The translations under genes and the position numbers were made by a program. A DNA stretch of 64,000 nt from Tubulanus polymorphus (lineage: Eukaryota > Animalia > Nemertea): assembly GCF_964204645.1 (NCBI RefSeq), contig NC_134029.1, positions 19,276,950 to 19,340,949 on the forward strand, in the 5' to 3' direction. The notes under the pieces are model-generated. The model ran no database searches. It had not been told where the DNA came from and saw only the letters and a list, made by a program, of their open reading frames with translations. This document shows positions 50,963-63,887 of this stretch, piece after piece; position 1 is the stretch's first letter, and the number at the start of each line of letters is the position of its first letter.

Positions 50963-51590
50963 AAAATGTTTCCAAGAGTATAGTAATGTTTATTCGACGT
51001 TGATACTGATATACTTCTGAAGATGACTGTTGGGATATAGTCGAAACGTCGAATAAACTACTAGTTCAAGGAATATAGTATTCCTGAAGACAACTATTAG
51101 GATATAGTCGAAACGTCGAATAAACTACTAGTTCAAGGAACACAGTATTCCTGACTATCAGGATAAAGTCGAAGACGCGTATTAGGATATAGTCGAAATG
51201 TCGAATAGACTACTCGTTTATGCCATACAGTATTCCCGAAGATGAGTATTAGGGTATTGTCGAAACGTCGAATAAAATACTAGTTCAAGGAACACAGTAT
51301 TCCTGAAGATGACTATCAGGATAAAGTCGAAGATGAGTATTAGGATATAGTCGAAACGTCGAATAAACTACTAGTTCATGGAATACAGTATTCCCGAAGA
51401 TGGCTATAAGAATAAATACGAAACGTCGAATAACCTGCTAGTTCAAGGAATACAGTATTCCTGAAGATGACTATCAGGATAAAGTCGAAACGCCGAATAA
51501 ACTGCTTAGTACGAGGAATACAGTATTCCTGAAGATGACCATTAGAATACAGTCGAAACGTCGAATAAACTATACTCAAGGAAACATTTT
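50963..51590 (+). ncRNA. Tandem array of eight minimal type I hammerhead ribozyme units (Penelope-type), ~67-nt period, enclosed by ~34-bp inverted repeats
   Basis: Consensus TATTC-CTGAAGA-T-GACTAT(TAGGAT)ATAGTC-GAAAC-GTC^GAATA. Cores at 51017, 51084, 51151, 51236, 51303, 51394, 51461 and 51529. Confidence 0.8.
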
Positions 51591-52239
51591 CGGACTTAAT
51601 ATTTTTTCCTCATCAAGTTCTCTCTATGCGCATTCAAAACGTCAAGAATAAGTCATAAGAATGCTATACAGTCATCGCCACTGCTGCTAATTTGTAGCGT
51701 TATGCTTCAAAGCCTAGACTGCCTTGTTAGGTTCGACACTCGAGCGACGGATTGATCTCCCCCCTCGTTTTACTGTCGCTCAAAACATCAACGTTAATTA
51801 GAACGGAGAGCGCGGTTGGTTGTGAAGTAATGAATTTGATTCTGTTCGACCACAAAGAAACAGCTTCGAACAGAACGAGTAATAATTGCGCTTAATAAAG
51901 CGTAGAATTACCGCTCGGCGGTTTACATTACAGCTCTCAGCGGTATACGGCTATATATGATCATTTAGAAAATCGCTACCAATTTCCTCTATAAATACCG
52001 CAGATAACGGCTTGAAATTTCACACTGCGTTTTTCTGTGCTGTCGTCTTGAACCGCACGGGGGCTGGATTGACTGACCTTTGGTCTAATCGCTATTTCAG
52101 AGGCGACGGAAGCAAATTTCCAACGGGCAACCAAAAACTGCTAAGACCTATATGGTACAATGCAGGAGGTAAAATACCAAGGGGTATACCATTAAAAATG
52201 CTAGAGGTAGAAATGTTAGAAGAACATGTGCAGGGAATT

Positions 52240-52430
52240 GATAGATACAAATATCATGATATCGTTTATGATAGTGGAACAAATATGGTCTTGCTTCTCC
52301 AATTAATGTTAGCAAGATGGTGTGGTAAAATGATTAAGGCAAAAGAATTTATACCGTTTCTCCATTCTGTTGAGCTTTAAAATTGACCCAGCTGGTGGCC
52401 TATTTATCTACCCTTTACATAACTCTTTTT
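52240..52430 (-). mobile_element. Possible LINE AP-endonuclease remnant
   Basis: Minus strand gives INRPPAGS (IYRPP-like), followed after a frameshift by LANINW. Confidence 0.35.
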
Positions 52431-52439
52431 AAAAATCAT

Positions 52440-52520
52440 GATCAAGCTAACTATAAGACGCGGCAGTTATAGAAATGAACTGATTACAAATCTTATTGCG
52501 ACTTACAAATTATGACCATA
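52440..52520 (+). repeat. Short dispersed repeat, also at ~61409-61490
   Basis: ATCAAGCT...CGGCAGYTATAGAAATGAACTG...ATTACA...TATTGC is shared by both sites. Confidence 0.65.
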
Positions 52521-53989
52521 TCGACACATCTCGCGGAGTAGTTCGGATTTTTAAACTATTTGTACGATTTCGAATGACGACGTGTTTGATACAAACAAAA
52601 TCAGCGAATCGGTAACGTCGGCGCCGCGACCCCCGAGGGATGACTCATTTAACAAATTTACAACTTCAAAACGTTCGCCAGTTCGAGATGAATTAAAAGA
52701 ATTTTTCCTCCGTTTCACGATTCGAGAGCATTAAAACCGGAGACCGATGGCAATTGCATTTAACTGCGTTGCGCTCGCTATACCTGACTTGAATGATTAT
52801 GGGCACTGATCCGTACGAAGATGGATGGCCTACGCCATTAATGCTAATCGTATATGTGTAAACTGATCTAACACACTTTGCCAAGGGAGTTCTACTGTTT
52901 GCTAAGTGGATTTCATTAAAACGTTTTTATCGAAATGATCCGTCGCGCGATGTTGTCAATCAGATATTAGTCTCGACTTCTTCGACTTCCGAGAATCGAT
53001 TTGATTCGTCTTCTTCTTTCATTTTTCGACGAAAATGACGACTGTAAAAGGACCGTGAAGCGCATCGTTATTCGAAACGTATTAATACGGATTAGTACGG
53101 TAAAATGACTTGCCTCATTCAGTCACCATTCACCTGTTCAATTAATGCCCGTCGCAATTTATTTTATGCCTCTCTTTTCGAACTGGTTTCGAATTAAGCC
53201 GGGAAAGTCGTCAGGAAAAATGAGGCAATTCCAAAACGATTCCAAAGACGGATCGTTCAATGCTTCAAATCAGAAGATAATTCCGTGAGATTAATCAATC
53301 GGCAAGGGTACCAACTTTTCAAAGATCGTGCCAAGAGACCGGCATGTATACTGAATCCATATGTAGTCAAATTGAAATATAGCCTTTACAATAATGTGTA
53401 GTTAATTGATTAATGTATAGTTAATTAGATTTTGCTTTTACAAAGCACTGCAAATGTTGAGACACGACCTTTCGACATGTTGGCACAATGTAAATTGCAA
53501 GTGAACTGAATGGATAGCTAAGAACTTGTAGTACGTCTGTAACTGAAAGTATCAAAATTCATAGTATACAAATTTCTAGCATATATACACAGTTCACTTG
53601 AAAATGACATCGTGTTAACATTTTAAAACGTCTTAATATTTCAAGCATGTAGTATAACGGGATCTTGAACTAACTTCATTCAAATCTTATAGTTGATCTT
53701 ATTCGCGATCTTACCTTATAAGACGTAACAAAAAACTAATAGCTGTTTGGATCCAGTTCCACAGTGACTCTCTGAGTTAAAATCAGTTAATATTTAATGG
53801 GTTAACCCCCTGTCAAATCTTAATTCACAACCGTGGAAATGGGTCGTGGGTTCATAGGCACGAATCCCGATGGTAGCACATTTATTTCGGGCGACAGGTC
53901 GATTCCCCCGTAAACGGGTTCGCCGATCTCTGAGTGGCGCGTGAGGCTCACGGGACTGGGAATTCAAAAATTGATCTGGCAGTCCCTCC

Positions 53990-54199
53990 TTCCACAGTTA
54001 AGTCAGTCCGTCTGCAGCCAGGTTTTCCCCAAAATTCTTGGAGAAGCTTGCTGTCAACCTACGTGCCATTTCATCCATTGATGAATTTAAGAAACATCTG
54101 AAATGTTTCCTTTTTAAGGAAGCAGCATTTCATCATTTGTAAAGCGCCTTGAGCAGCTTTACTGATTTAGCGCTATACAAGCCTCATTGTTATCATTAT
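53990..54199 (+). mobile_element. L2-clade LINE 3' end
   Basis: EKLAVNLRAISSIDEFKKHLKCFLFKEA followed by the typical L2 3' stem-loop TGTAAAGCGCCTTGAG...TTAGCGCTATACAAG and an (ATT)-like tail. Confidence 0.8.
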
Positions 54200-55619
54200 A
54201 CCAGTATTAGAAAGCCTGACAGTTAAAACGCGAATAAGTTGATTTCCCGATTATTGAAAACTTCAATGTACAATTTTAGCCCTCAACTGAGTACGCATCA
54301 ACCAATCAATCTCAGACAACGAGAATAGAATCGGAAACACAATAATATATTTTTCGTCTGCTCGCCTGGAGCAGTTCTTTTACGCTATTTAAGAACGTCG
54401 TTTATCAAAATTGGAAAATTGAGTTGATTTTATTTACGCCCTTTTTCGCGGATACCGAATTTCACAATATCTTATTTTGTTTTACCTTTGGTCTATTTTG
54501 CTACTATCGAATTTATCAGGCGAACTTCCACCCGGGGAAAAACAATGCGAAAAATTGATAACGACCGGTTTCGACATCGATCGTCGAATTAAAATATTCC
54601 GCTACTTCAAGTGTATTGATTCAAGACGTAGCTAAATGCATAACAATATCGTATTCTTCGCATCCCAATTACATCGATTCAAACGATCATAAGGAAATGC
54701 TGTTCATTCTAGATTTAGAATAAATGAAAACACAACGCGTACGCGCGCCATGTTAACCCTGTTAAACACCTGATTTTATTTGCGTTTCGCAGGCTATTTA
54801 TAGCCGCGCAAGATCATATTTGGTATCTTCGAAATTTCGCGACATCTCCGTGTTTTGGGTGTAGTCGCGTGAATCAGAAACAACGCCTGGGAATATGAGC
54901 TTTTTCTCGGTGTTGTGGTATTGCTTTGCAAAACATAAACTCTGTACGACGTGTGTGTGTGCGTGTAATGTCTTAAACGAAAATTTCACCTTCTTTCGAA
55001 AAAAGCTTGACTTTGAAGGTGGTTCATTGGAAAATGTATGGCCTCAAGATTTAACCCCATTCCGTTCATCGATCGAAATAGATCATAGTTGATCCTGGAA
55101 TTTCAGCTTCTGAATATTTAATCTAATAACTACACCGTGAAGTTTATTCGATCAGAATTCCGCCTTTTGGTTTTAGGTTATTTTCAGCTATGATTTTCAG
55201 AAAGACTTTAAGGTCTGAACACACGTCAGGGCAAGATGTTTAGCAAAATATTGATGACGATTACTATTTCTCGTTAGAAAAAGAGAGCTCAAAACTGCTT
55301 CGAAATAGAAAATATTAAGTAAAGTGTTAGTGAAAATACAGATTTCGTGAAGGATTTGTCATCACACTACCCAAATCCGAATGTTCGACTGGTCTGGACA
55401 GATTAGCTGTGTTCGGGATTTACGTGGATAAGCCGCCTGATCTCCGCTAATCCGCCACGGTGGACGTGTGAAGTACTTCACGTCGCAGAAAAAAAACATA
55501 GAAAAACGTGCGAGCCATTCTGGCGGTTCGTGCCAGATATACGTCAACTCCCTCGACTGATCGCTAATAGATTCTAAAGCGATCTAGCGACGCGCTGACC
55601 ATAAAACCCGAGACGCAAT

Positions 55620-55948
55620 ACGACGATCGTTCTCCATAAATACCTGGCCTGACACAAAGCTCTCACTCGATAAACAGTTATTATTATTGCGAGTGCTCTC
55701 TCCTCTCTGTCTCCCGCTGATGGATTAGACGTTGGCGTGCGCGCGCCTGCCTGCCTGCCATCGAGCTCGCATTTTTGCTCCGGTTGCTTATATCTATCTC
55801 GTCAGAGTCGAGTTGACGACGAGCCGAGCGAACTTACGTTCGTACTACTATACACAGTGACGCATCTGCACAATTAGTTAAAGTGCGAAAAATACGTCGA
55901 GTTTTGCCGCGATCGACGACGAAAGCCTAAGCCGCTGAACAGGTGAGG
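55620..55948 (+). promoter_or_regulatory. Putative promoter and first exon
   Basis: CATAAATA ~55635, GCGTGCGCGCGC ~55735, TTATAT ~55788, and CAG|GTGAGG donor at 55943. Confidence 0.3.
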
Positions 55949-56307
55949 AAATATTACTAACGTCATTATAGTTCGTTTTTGCGTCGTTCAAAACATGGGA
56001 CACATTTTTTGCCGTTCACGCGCGTATTGCGTGGCACCTCTTGATGCTTTCCAGCTTCAATTCTAGTTTTATGAATGAAATTTTTTAAGCTCGAAACATT
56101 TGTTGTTATGTTTGAATATTGTTGTCCTCCTTGGAAAAAATGAAGTAACATTTAAAAAAAACTTGAGCAAAACCATTTCGTGAAGCTGGCGCCTGCTCTT
56201 CTCATAAAAAAAGTTTACGGGAACTTTTTTTGTTTTTGTTGCAATGGAAAACAATCATGCAGAGATTGCCTCTTTTTCAAATGTCTTAAGAAAAAGCGTT
56301 TTTTACC

Positions 56308-56525
56308 TTAAAATAGGGATTTATTAAGACGGGTAGATTTCGTTTGATTTGTTTAGATTTGGTGTCCCTTATACAAACCCACCACACCAGCCGGGAACGA
56401 GGCAGGGGGTTTGATTTTGAAATCGGAAATGAAAGTTCAGATACATGTAGGATGATCGGCGGTCGAAATTGCAGAATTTTTTGCTTAAATCTCGAAATAA
56501 ATCCTAATTGGAAATTTCGTTTCAA
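56308..56525 (+). repeat. ~280-bp dispersed repeat, copy 4 of 5
   Basis: Aligns with 11525-11800. Confidence 0.85.
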
Positions 56526-58849
56526 CGACGATCGAAAGATCGACGATTATAAAACTATTTTGTATCATGAGATTTGAAAAATTGTCGCAATCATAATTTC
56601 ATAAAACTACACGATTCAAATGCGCTGAACGAATCGTAAGTTTAAGATTTTCATTTTTTCGCTTCGATGTTACGAAATACCAACAAGGGTCTCGTCGAAA
56701 AGATACCGAATCGGGGTTCGAAAATCGAGCCTCAAAAAACAGCGTTTACGATCATTTCGTTTTAATTCTCATTGAGCAACTAGAAAAAAATTCATACAAT
56801 GTATCTAAGTACTTGAATAAAAGATTTATTTTTCTTATAAAGAAGGTCTGGTATTTTTTTAGATCTCCAAAGTGTCTTGTATATAGATAACGGAACTATA
56901 TGTGTAACCATAAACTGTTTAAAAAACGATGTTCATTGCCGTATAGAGTTTATGATTTTTTCGTTCATTGTATCGCGTATCCCACAGTCACCGGAGAAAT
57001 CAGTTATACATCGCACGTGAATAGCTCATATACTGACGAACAATGCTCTCAAACCCCCGACCGCGGGTTAGCGTTCGAGCGTATCGAAATCGTGGTAACA
57101 GAGGACGAGAAATAGATCGCTTGTGTATATAAAGTGTTTATTTTACGCTGAAATTCTATATAGGGACATCGGCCGAACGCACGGCGATAGCGTTGCCGAT
57201 TTTAGACGTTGGAAAGTTATTTAATCGGCTACTAAAGTCGGTCCGCGAAGTTCCGCCGTAAAGCGCAACTCAAATCAATCGATAGCATATCCGCGGTCGC
57301 TTTACGAATCTAATACGCTTTTATGGCGCGGCTTTTAACATTTTCTTAATATCGTATGTTTGAAGCTTTCTCGATTACCCCAGCCGCATTAATGTTTCAT
57401 GTCGTCGCGGGTAGAATTCGGTATTGCTTTTGTGCCATTATCGACACAGCGAATATCGTTTGCTATCTCCAGTTACCTGATACCCCCATTCTGATGTCAG
57501 CTTTCGGCGAAAAAAGTAGCGCGCGCGTACCGCGTATACATATTATGTTTGTCTTAGTCGTTAACTTTTTTTGAAGTTGTATTATGTTTTTCCGAATCTA
57601 TATGTTCTAACGCGTCGCAGAACAATATCTGTGCCTTGCGGTCCTCGCTCATTTTTTGTCGTCGTTTACATAAGCTGTGAAGTTCACGGCGTTATACTTC
57701 TCGTCTATATACACATATATGATATCTGTGTTCAGACGAAAACACGATGAGACAGCAGTATATATCAAATTCGTCTCGAAATATCGACCGGTTTTGTTTT
57801 CTATCGCTGAAAAACCGAGAGCGACTTTGTACAAAACGGCTCGATAAACTTGGCCGTATTTTATTTCTCACCGCGAAGATCCGTTTTTATTGATTTTATA
57901 ATGAACATAAAGATCGATAAAGACGTACGTATATAATATCATGACTGTTCGGGGCTGACCTGAATGCGACGCGTGAATATCCTGCGAGGCGAAAGCGGTT
58001 TATCGTGGGCAAATTTGTCGGTTTTGATGATAGGCAAAATCAGATTTATGGTCATAATACGTCTGCTGTTCCGCCTTCGGGCAAATGATGGCTCGAATCC
58101 GTGGAGTGCTGTTTAGAGCGTTGTTATGGCTGTAACTTCAAATAGAAAGACGCCATTTTAATGCCAATATTCTAGTGGAATCAGGTGTTTAGGCGAGTCT
58201 CGTACGAATAAAACACCCTTTCAAGTAGTCGGAAAAATCTAGTGGCAAATCGGATATGATCTTCAGACATCATGGAACTTGAAAAATTTGTCATTTTGAT
58301 GGCCTGTTTAAATGATCGTTTGAACGCAGTCAAAAATCTACAACGTCTTTATGGTAAAAAATCGGCTTTCTTTTTTCCGGCTTCGTTTGTGCAAATAAGA
58401 TCAGAAATATTCGGAGTAGCCTGGTCTGCGTAATGAACGTTTTCAACGCGCTTCCGTGATTCGTTTTCATACTTCATTTAAGAATATTCCGTTTCCCAGA
58501 TGTTTAAAATTCTCTGAGATTTTGATTCGATTTGAATTCGCTGCAATTGAAAAGTGAATCAAGAGGGGACTATACCGTGAAATATTCATCGAATCGAATC
58601 AAGGCGTATAAGGAGTGGATTTTGAGTCTGATTTCATTTAGAAAACCGGAAAAAAGTTGTCAGTAAATACAAACTGAATTGCGAGCGGTAAAATCAATAA
58701 CTAGCGCCACCTCGTGACGAAAAGAGGACAGTACAGTGGCCGTGGGTGGTAATAGCGCGCTTTCTGTTGAGGTTTTTCTTCTTAGAAATTCGCGAATGAA
58801 ACCGCAAACCTGCTTAAGATATCCTATAAGCAGGCTTAGCGACTTTGCG

Positions 58850-58881
58850 CATAGAAGTGTAAGTTCGCTTACACTTCTATG
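58850..58881. mobile_element. 32-bp perfect-hairpin P-superfamily-like micro-MITE
   Basis: CATAGAAGTGTAAG-TTCG-CTTACACTTCTATG flanked by a perfect 7-bp direct repeat CTTTGCG (58843-58849, 58882-58888). Confidence 0.8.
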
Positions 58882-61800
58882 CTTTGCGCGAGATACCGAA
58901 GAATGCCTGTACTGAGAGGCGATTCGACCCTGCTTGCTGTCGAGATGACTGTGTGTTACAGACGATCAGATCTTATTAGCTCTTGCTGACGTCACACTCA
59001 GATTCATTATTTCGCATATTGCTTTTGCTATTTCATATATCGTTGATATTTTCACGTATCCGCTTAACCGATGACGTCATCGCTTGCTATGATCGGACGG
59101 CGATATTTCAAATTTCATTTCGTTTTATTGTAACTTTGTACAAAGTGCATTGTACAAATGTATCGTACATGTAACATTTTACGTTGAGTAAATGCATTTA
59201 AAAAAGCATTTTACAGATTTGACCCGATAATGTTGATGCATCGTTGCATTAAGGTTGTGCCCCAGATTTGTACCACTTTTACTCTCAATATCTATTGAAA
59301 GCGAGTTTGCACCTAATTTGCCATTGTATAAACCAGTCAATAACAAATGGACCGGTTTAGATTAAGTAGATATCTATAAAATCACCGGTAGCATTTCTCT
59401 GAAATAGCAGCAACCCATATACGCGTAAGGATTGGTTCGACCATAGCATCAAAGATTTGTGGACCTACGACTGTTTCCCGAGAGAACTGTTGGACTTTTT
59501 TCAGAACAAAGAAAATTTAGCTTATTTTCACTGTCCTCAATTTTCTTCCGACAATTCGCAAGTGTACCTATGTAATCGAATAGTAGGCTACTCAAAACTT
59601 CTTGCTGGTTCATAAAAAAGGTGAAACAGATGGAACGGTTCGAACGCGCTGTATTTAGAAATATTTGTGGAACAATATGTAGAACAACCCTAACACTAAT
59701 TCTTTTAAAGTAAACCTATGCTTCGATCAATAATCTATTGAAATGAATCGCCGAATTGATGAGGTTTAGAATCTATTAATTATTGAAGTTTTCAATCAGG
59801 TGTGCGTTTTTCTCGCTAATCCGTTATTTGTTTTTCTCCTCGCTGTACGCAGTTCTAAGGCTTTACTAAAACGTATCTAAATTGTCAGGGAAAATACATT
59901 TTATGTAAATCTATAACAGCTGGTATGACAGGTAAAGGTAAGCACTGCAGGACCTAAATATGCTTGTTGTTGCGATGGTCATCCTGTATGCATTTCACGG
60001 CCTCATTCAAACGGATATCAGTTTTCCAAGTTGAGCTGGATGATATCGGTTTCTATTACTTAAAAAGCGAGTTGCGCAGATCCGCGCGTAAGCCCCTTAT
60101 TGCTTTTAACTTAAATATGCATGCCACGACGACAGGGCTGCCGCGGAGGGTAAATCGAGCACCTTTCGGCGAAGCATTTTTCAGACGTTCGAATCGGCGA
60201 AACAAGTTCGCGTCTGGGATTCGGGTTACTGCGAGAAAGTCCCGAACTCGGACGTAAACGAAGACCACGAGCTGCTGAGTGAGACTTAGTTGACAGCCTA
60301 TCGGCAAACACCGACGCGATGCATTATTTATGGCACAAGGAATTGTCGTCGATAGGGTACTTCACCTAACGTGGATAAGAATCGGCGGTACTTCGCGGTA
60401 GGAGTATCATCGCCAAGTTTTTTCAAGTGAGCGGCTAAAATCCCATCTCGAAGAAACACGGTAAATACGTGCCGATGTTTGAACTGATGACATGCGACAT
60501 TATTTGACGAACGCAACGGGTTTCCTCGCGATTGTCTTCGTTCTAGATAGAGAGAACGCCCATGCGTCGTTTCACAAACCGCTTGTCATAAGCACCGTTC
60601 AGAACTTCGACAGTGACCGCGATACCAACTTCGATTCGCTTCGAAGCGAAAAAGAGCTTCGTAACAACCCGAAAAGTTAAATTATACATTTATGCATCGA
60701 TCAAACGCGTAGTTATTATAGTTTTCTTTGACATATGAAAAAAAGCCAATTTGTATATAAAACAGAAAATGCTGTGGGCAGTGTTGTTGATGAAACGGAA
60801 TTTTGCTTTGATAAAACGTCGCTTAGTGTCAAGCTGTAATGTCACAGAAACATCGATTATACGACAAAATAATAATGGGTGGCAACTCATCCAGTTTGCC
60901 GTCGACAGTACTAACAAGCTTTAATCGTTTGTCGATATACTTATAAAATATGTGATTCGCCCTGGAACTGCTTAACCGGATTTTACACCCGCGCCCAATC
61001 GGTTGATGTACACTTAAAATGCTTTCGACAGTTATAAACCACAATCGCCGATCGAACAAATCCGACGGAAATGTTTTTTAAATTGACTTAGATATACACG
61101 ACTGGATGACTGTGTGCCTAGCTGACTGGACAACCTGGATATTGCCTTATACTTTTGCACTATTATCCCGTATTGTAACTATAGTAAATGTCTCCGTCTT
61201 AATCGGCACCGGTCAAGTCAATGAACCGCTCAAATCGGTTTTCTAAAACTCATTAGGAAAAACCTACAGTTTCCCCGATTCGGCATATGGTCAAGTCGGT
61301 GAAATATTTAGGCTAAAAAATTGATACCTCGTTTCTCTTTCCTGCTGAGCTTGAAAATTGGCCTGGCCGGCCGCCTAATCTACCCTGTACATTCCATTTT
61401 TAAAGCGTATCAAGCTTACAATAACAGAACCGGCAGCTATAGAAATGAACTGGATTACAGATTCTATTGCAGTTTAGAAAAGTGACCCGGCCGATTACAG
61501 TCACAGCGACGGCAGGGTCTATCCGCACATTGTACGTAAAGTCTACTTGCGTAGTACAAAATACGCGATGTTAATGAGCGCGACTCAGAAATCATCGATT
61601 ACTGTCGACCGCGGTCTGAGTGACACCCGGGGGAACGAGTTTGATCTTTTCGTGTACGGGAGACAGTCCGACTGATTTACATCTGACCAGTTTTCAAAAA
61701 CAAAAGACATTGACAAATTATCAAGTGAGTCAAGCTTCGTCGCAAATGCTATCAGTGTCACACATCTTTCATCCCGCCCGATCGTACGGTCAATAACAAA

Positions 61801-62104
61801 AATAGGAATCCCCACCCAGGGAATATTACCGACAGTCGATAAATCGAAATATCTTGATCCGAACATAATTTGCTTTGAAACGTTCGCTGTTATTTCTGCG
61901 ATTGTATATTGAGCTATGATAATATCGGGCACGCCGTTGCTGATGGCTTGAAACCGTGCCATCCACATCGATGCTTTCGAGAGACGACGAACTGTTAATA
62001 TCGGGAAACTCTTAGAGCGAAGATGTTCAGGATTTAAAAGCTATATTTGCACTCTAAATCTTAACACGTACAGCGTTCGTAGAAAAGTTATCAGTTTTTG
62101 AAAT

Positions 62105-62395
62105 CTTGAAATATGGATTGTCCCCGTTATTCATATGATTGGTAGATTTGGTCTGATTTGTTTTGATTTGGTCTGATTTGTTTAGATTTGGTGTCCGTTA
62201 CAAACCCACTACACCTGTCGGCAGCGAGACGGGGGATTTGATTTTGAATTTAGGATACGAAGTACGGATATAGCTGAGTGATCGGCGGTCGAATTCACAG
62301 AATTTTTGGTCAAATGGAAGTACATAATTGGGAAATTCGGTTCCAGTTCATTAAAACGATCTTCCAAACAGCTTGAACCGGCTAGCGACTGGTTG
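62105..62395 (+). repeat. ~280-bp dispersed repeat, copy 5 of 5, with an internal 20-bp duplication
   Basis: Aligns with 11525-11800; GATTTGGTCTGATTTGTTT is duplicated. Confidence 0.85.
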
Positions 62396-63801
62396 GGAAA
62401 ACGGGCGCATCTTTCTATCGGTACGGCGGAATGATTCGAAATAGTTGGTAAAAATCAAAGAATTTTTGTCCTCGAAACTTGACTGAAACGGTGAATTCTT
62501 CGTTATTTCATTGCTCACGGAACATGTAACGTTTTCCGTGTCGAGTGGGGTCGGGGTATTCTCGATCCTCTATCATCGGTTTGTCCATTTGTAACCATCT
62601 GATGGCAAGAGAATTTCATTTTCTGTTGACCTTCAAACAATGCGAACAGATTCTATACCCAACCAATTTCATTGGAAATAGCGGGCTCAAATCTGCAACC
62701 TAATTGACGCAAGCATGAAATATTATCCATATGAGGCAAGGCGAAACATCATCTAAATACACGTCGCCACTATGGAATACTAATATCAGTGTATTCGTCT
62801 AATTACTTCGTGATAATGACTCGACTGTACACGAGTCCCTAGTCACATATCACAATGAAGCATCTTCGAATTTCTCTTTTTTTTTTCGTGTTATCCTTGC
62901 ACGGAGATACCGCCACGTCGATCGGGCGAATCCGACACGAAAGATATATACATTTCATATATTCCTTCGCGCGTTTATCGTGATATACTTCGGCGGTGTC
63001 TCCGTTCGGATCAAACGGACGCCGCTTAAATAGGGGAGAGATCATCGCAGATCACGCGGCGGTTGATTCAGGGGCTGAACGGCGCGGGCTGACGATCAAA
63101 CCGCGCGCTACCGTCGTCGACGCGAACTGAAACACGACGCGTTCGGGTTTTAATTAATGAAATTTGCGTCGCGGAGACACGCCGGCGTTTTTCGCTATAC
63201 GCTTTACATCCTGCAGTAAGTGGTTGACCATGTACGTCCCGAGGCTTTGCGATGTCTGTAAACATCAGTAATGACCCGGTCTGCGCGAATATTGTTCGGT
63301 AATCTCGCGTGTCTCAGCCGATTAGCGCGCACATCCTGACATCTATTCATCAAACGAACCTCGGCAGATTATTCGATCATTTGATCGTTTTCTGCGCGTT
63401 TTTTGCCTACTTTGCTGCGAATAACCGGCCACTTAGCGCGCCGTATAAATTGTAAGAATCTTGCGCCGTGTCCTTTTATGAAGTCATTTCGAGACCGGAA
63501 CTGCGTGTTAGTGTCAAAACTTATTGTCTGACAAATCACGAGACTCGAGACCTTCGCGCTATATCCATTGGCATAAGATATATTATATATCACTTGAAAT
63601 TTGAAAAATAATTTTTTTTTCTCCGAATTTAGCATAAAGTCCAGGAGGGAAAGAATGGTACTGCGTATCTTGTATTACTTACTACTTTACTTTATTTTCC
63701 GATAAACCCTTCCGATTTACAAGGAAAAAGTTTTAAATGGTACATGTATAATTACAGATGGTCGAAGCATCAACGTTTTGTAGACAGTAACGTTGATCTA
63801 C

Positions 63802-63887
63802 CATCCTCGCTTGCCAGGGTTTGATAGCCTCGCGCCGAACGGCGTGAGCTTCGCCGGGAGGCAATCAAACCCTGGCTTGCGAGGATG
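63802..63887. mobile_element. 86-bp hairpin MITE with the same terminus as the 12889-13215 element
   Basis: CATCCTCGCTTGCCAGGGTTTGATAGCCTC ... GAGGCAATCAAACCCTGGCTTGCGAGGATG; degenerate flanking duplication around GATCTA. Confidence 0.75.

Noticed and set aside
61585-61968. 127-aa minus-strand ORF (likewise 49317-49733, 52012-52380, 28119-28481)
   Set aside because: No recognisable domain, non-ATG starts, no splice support; some overlap decayed retroelement sequence.
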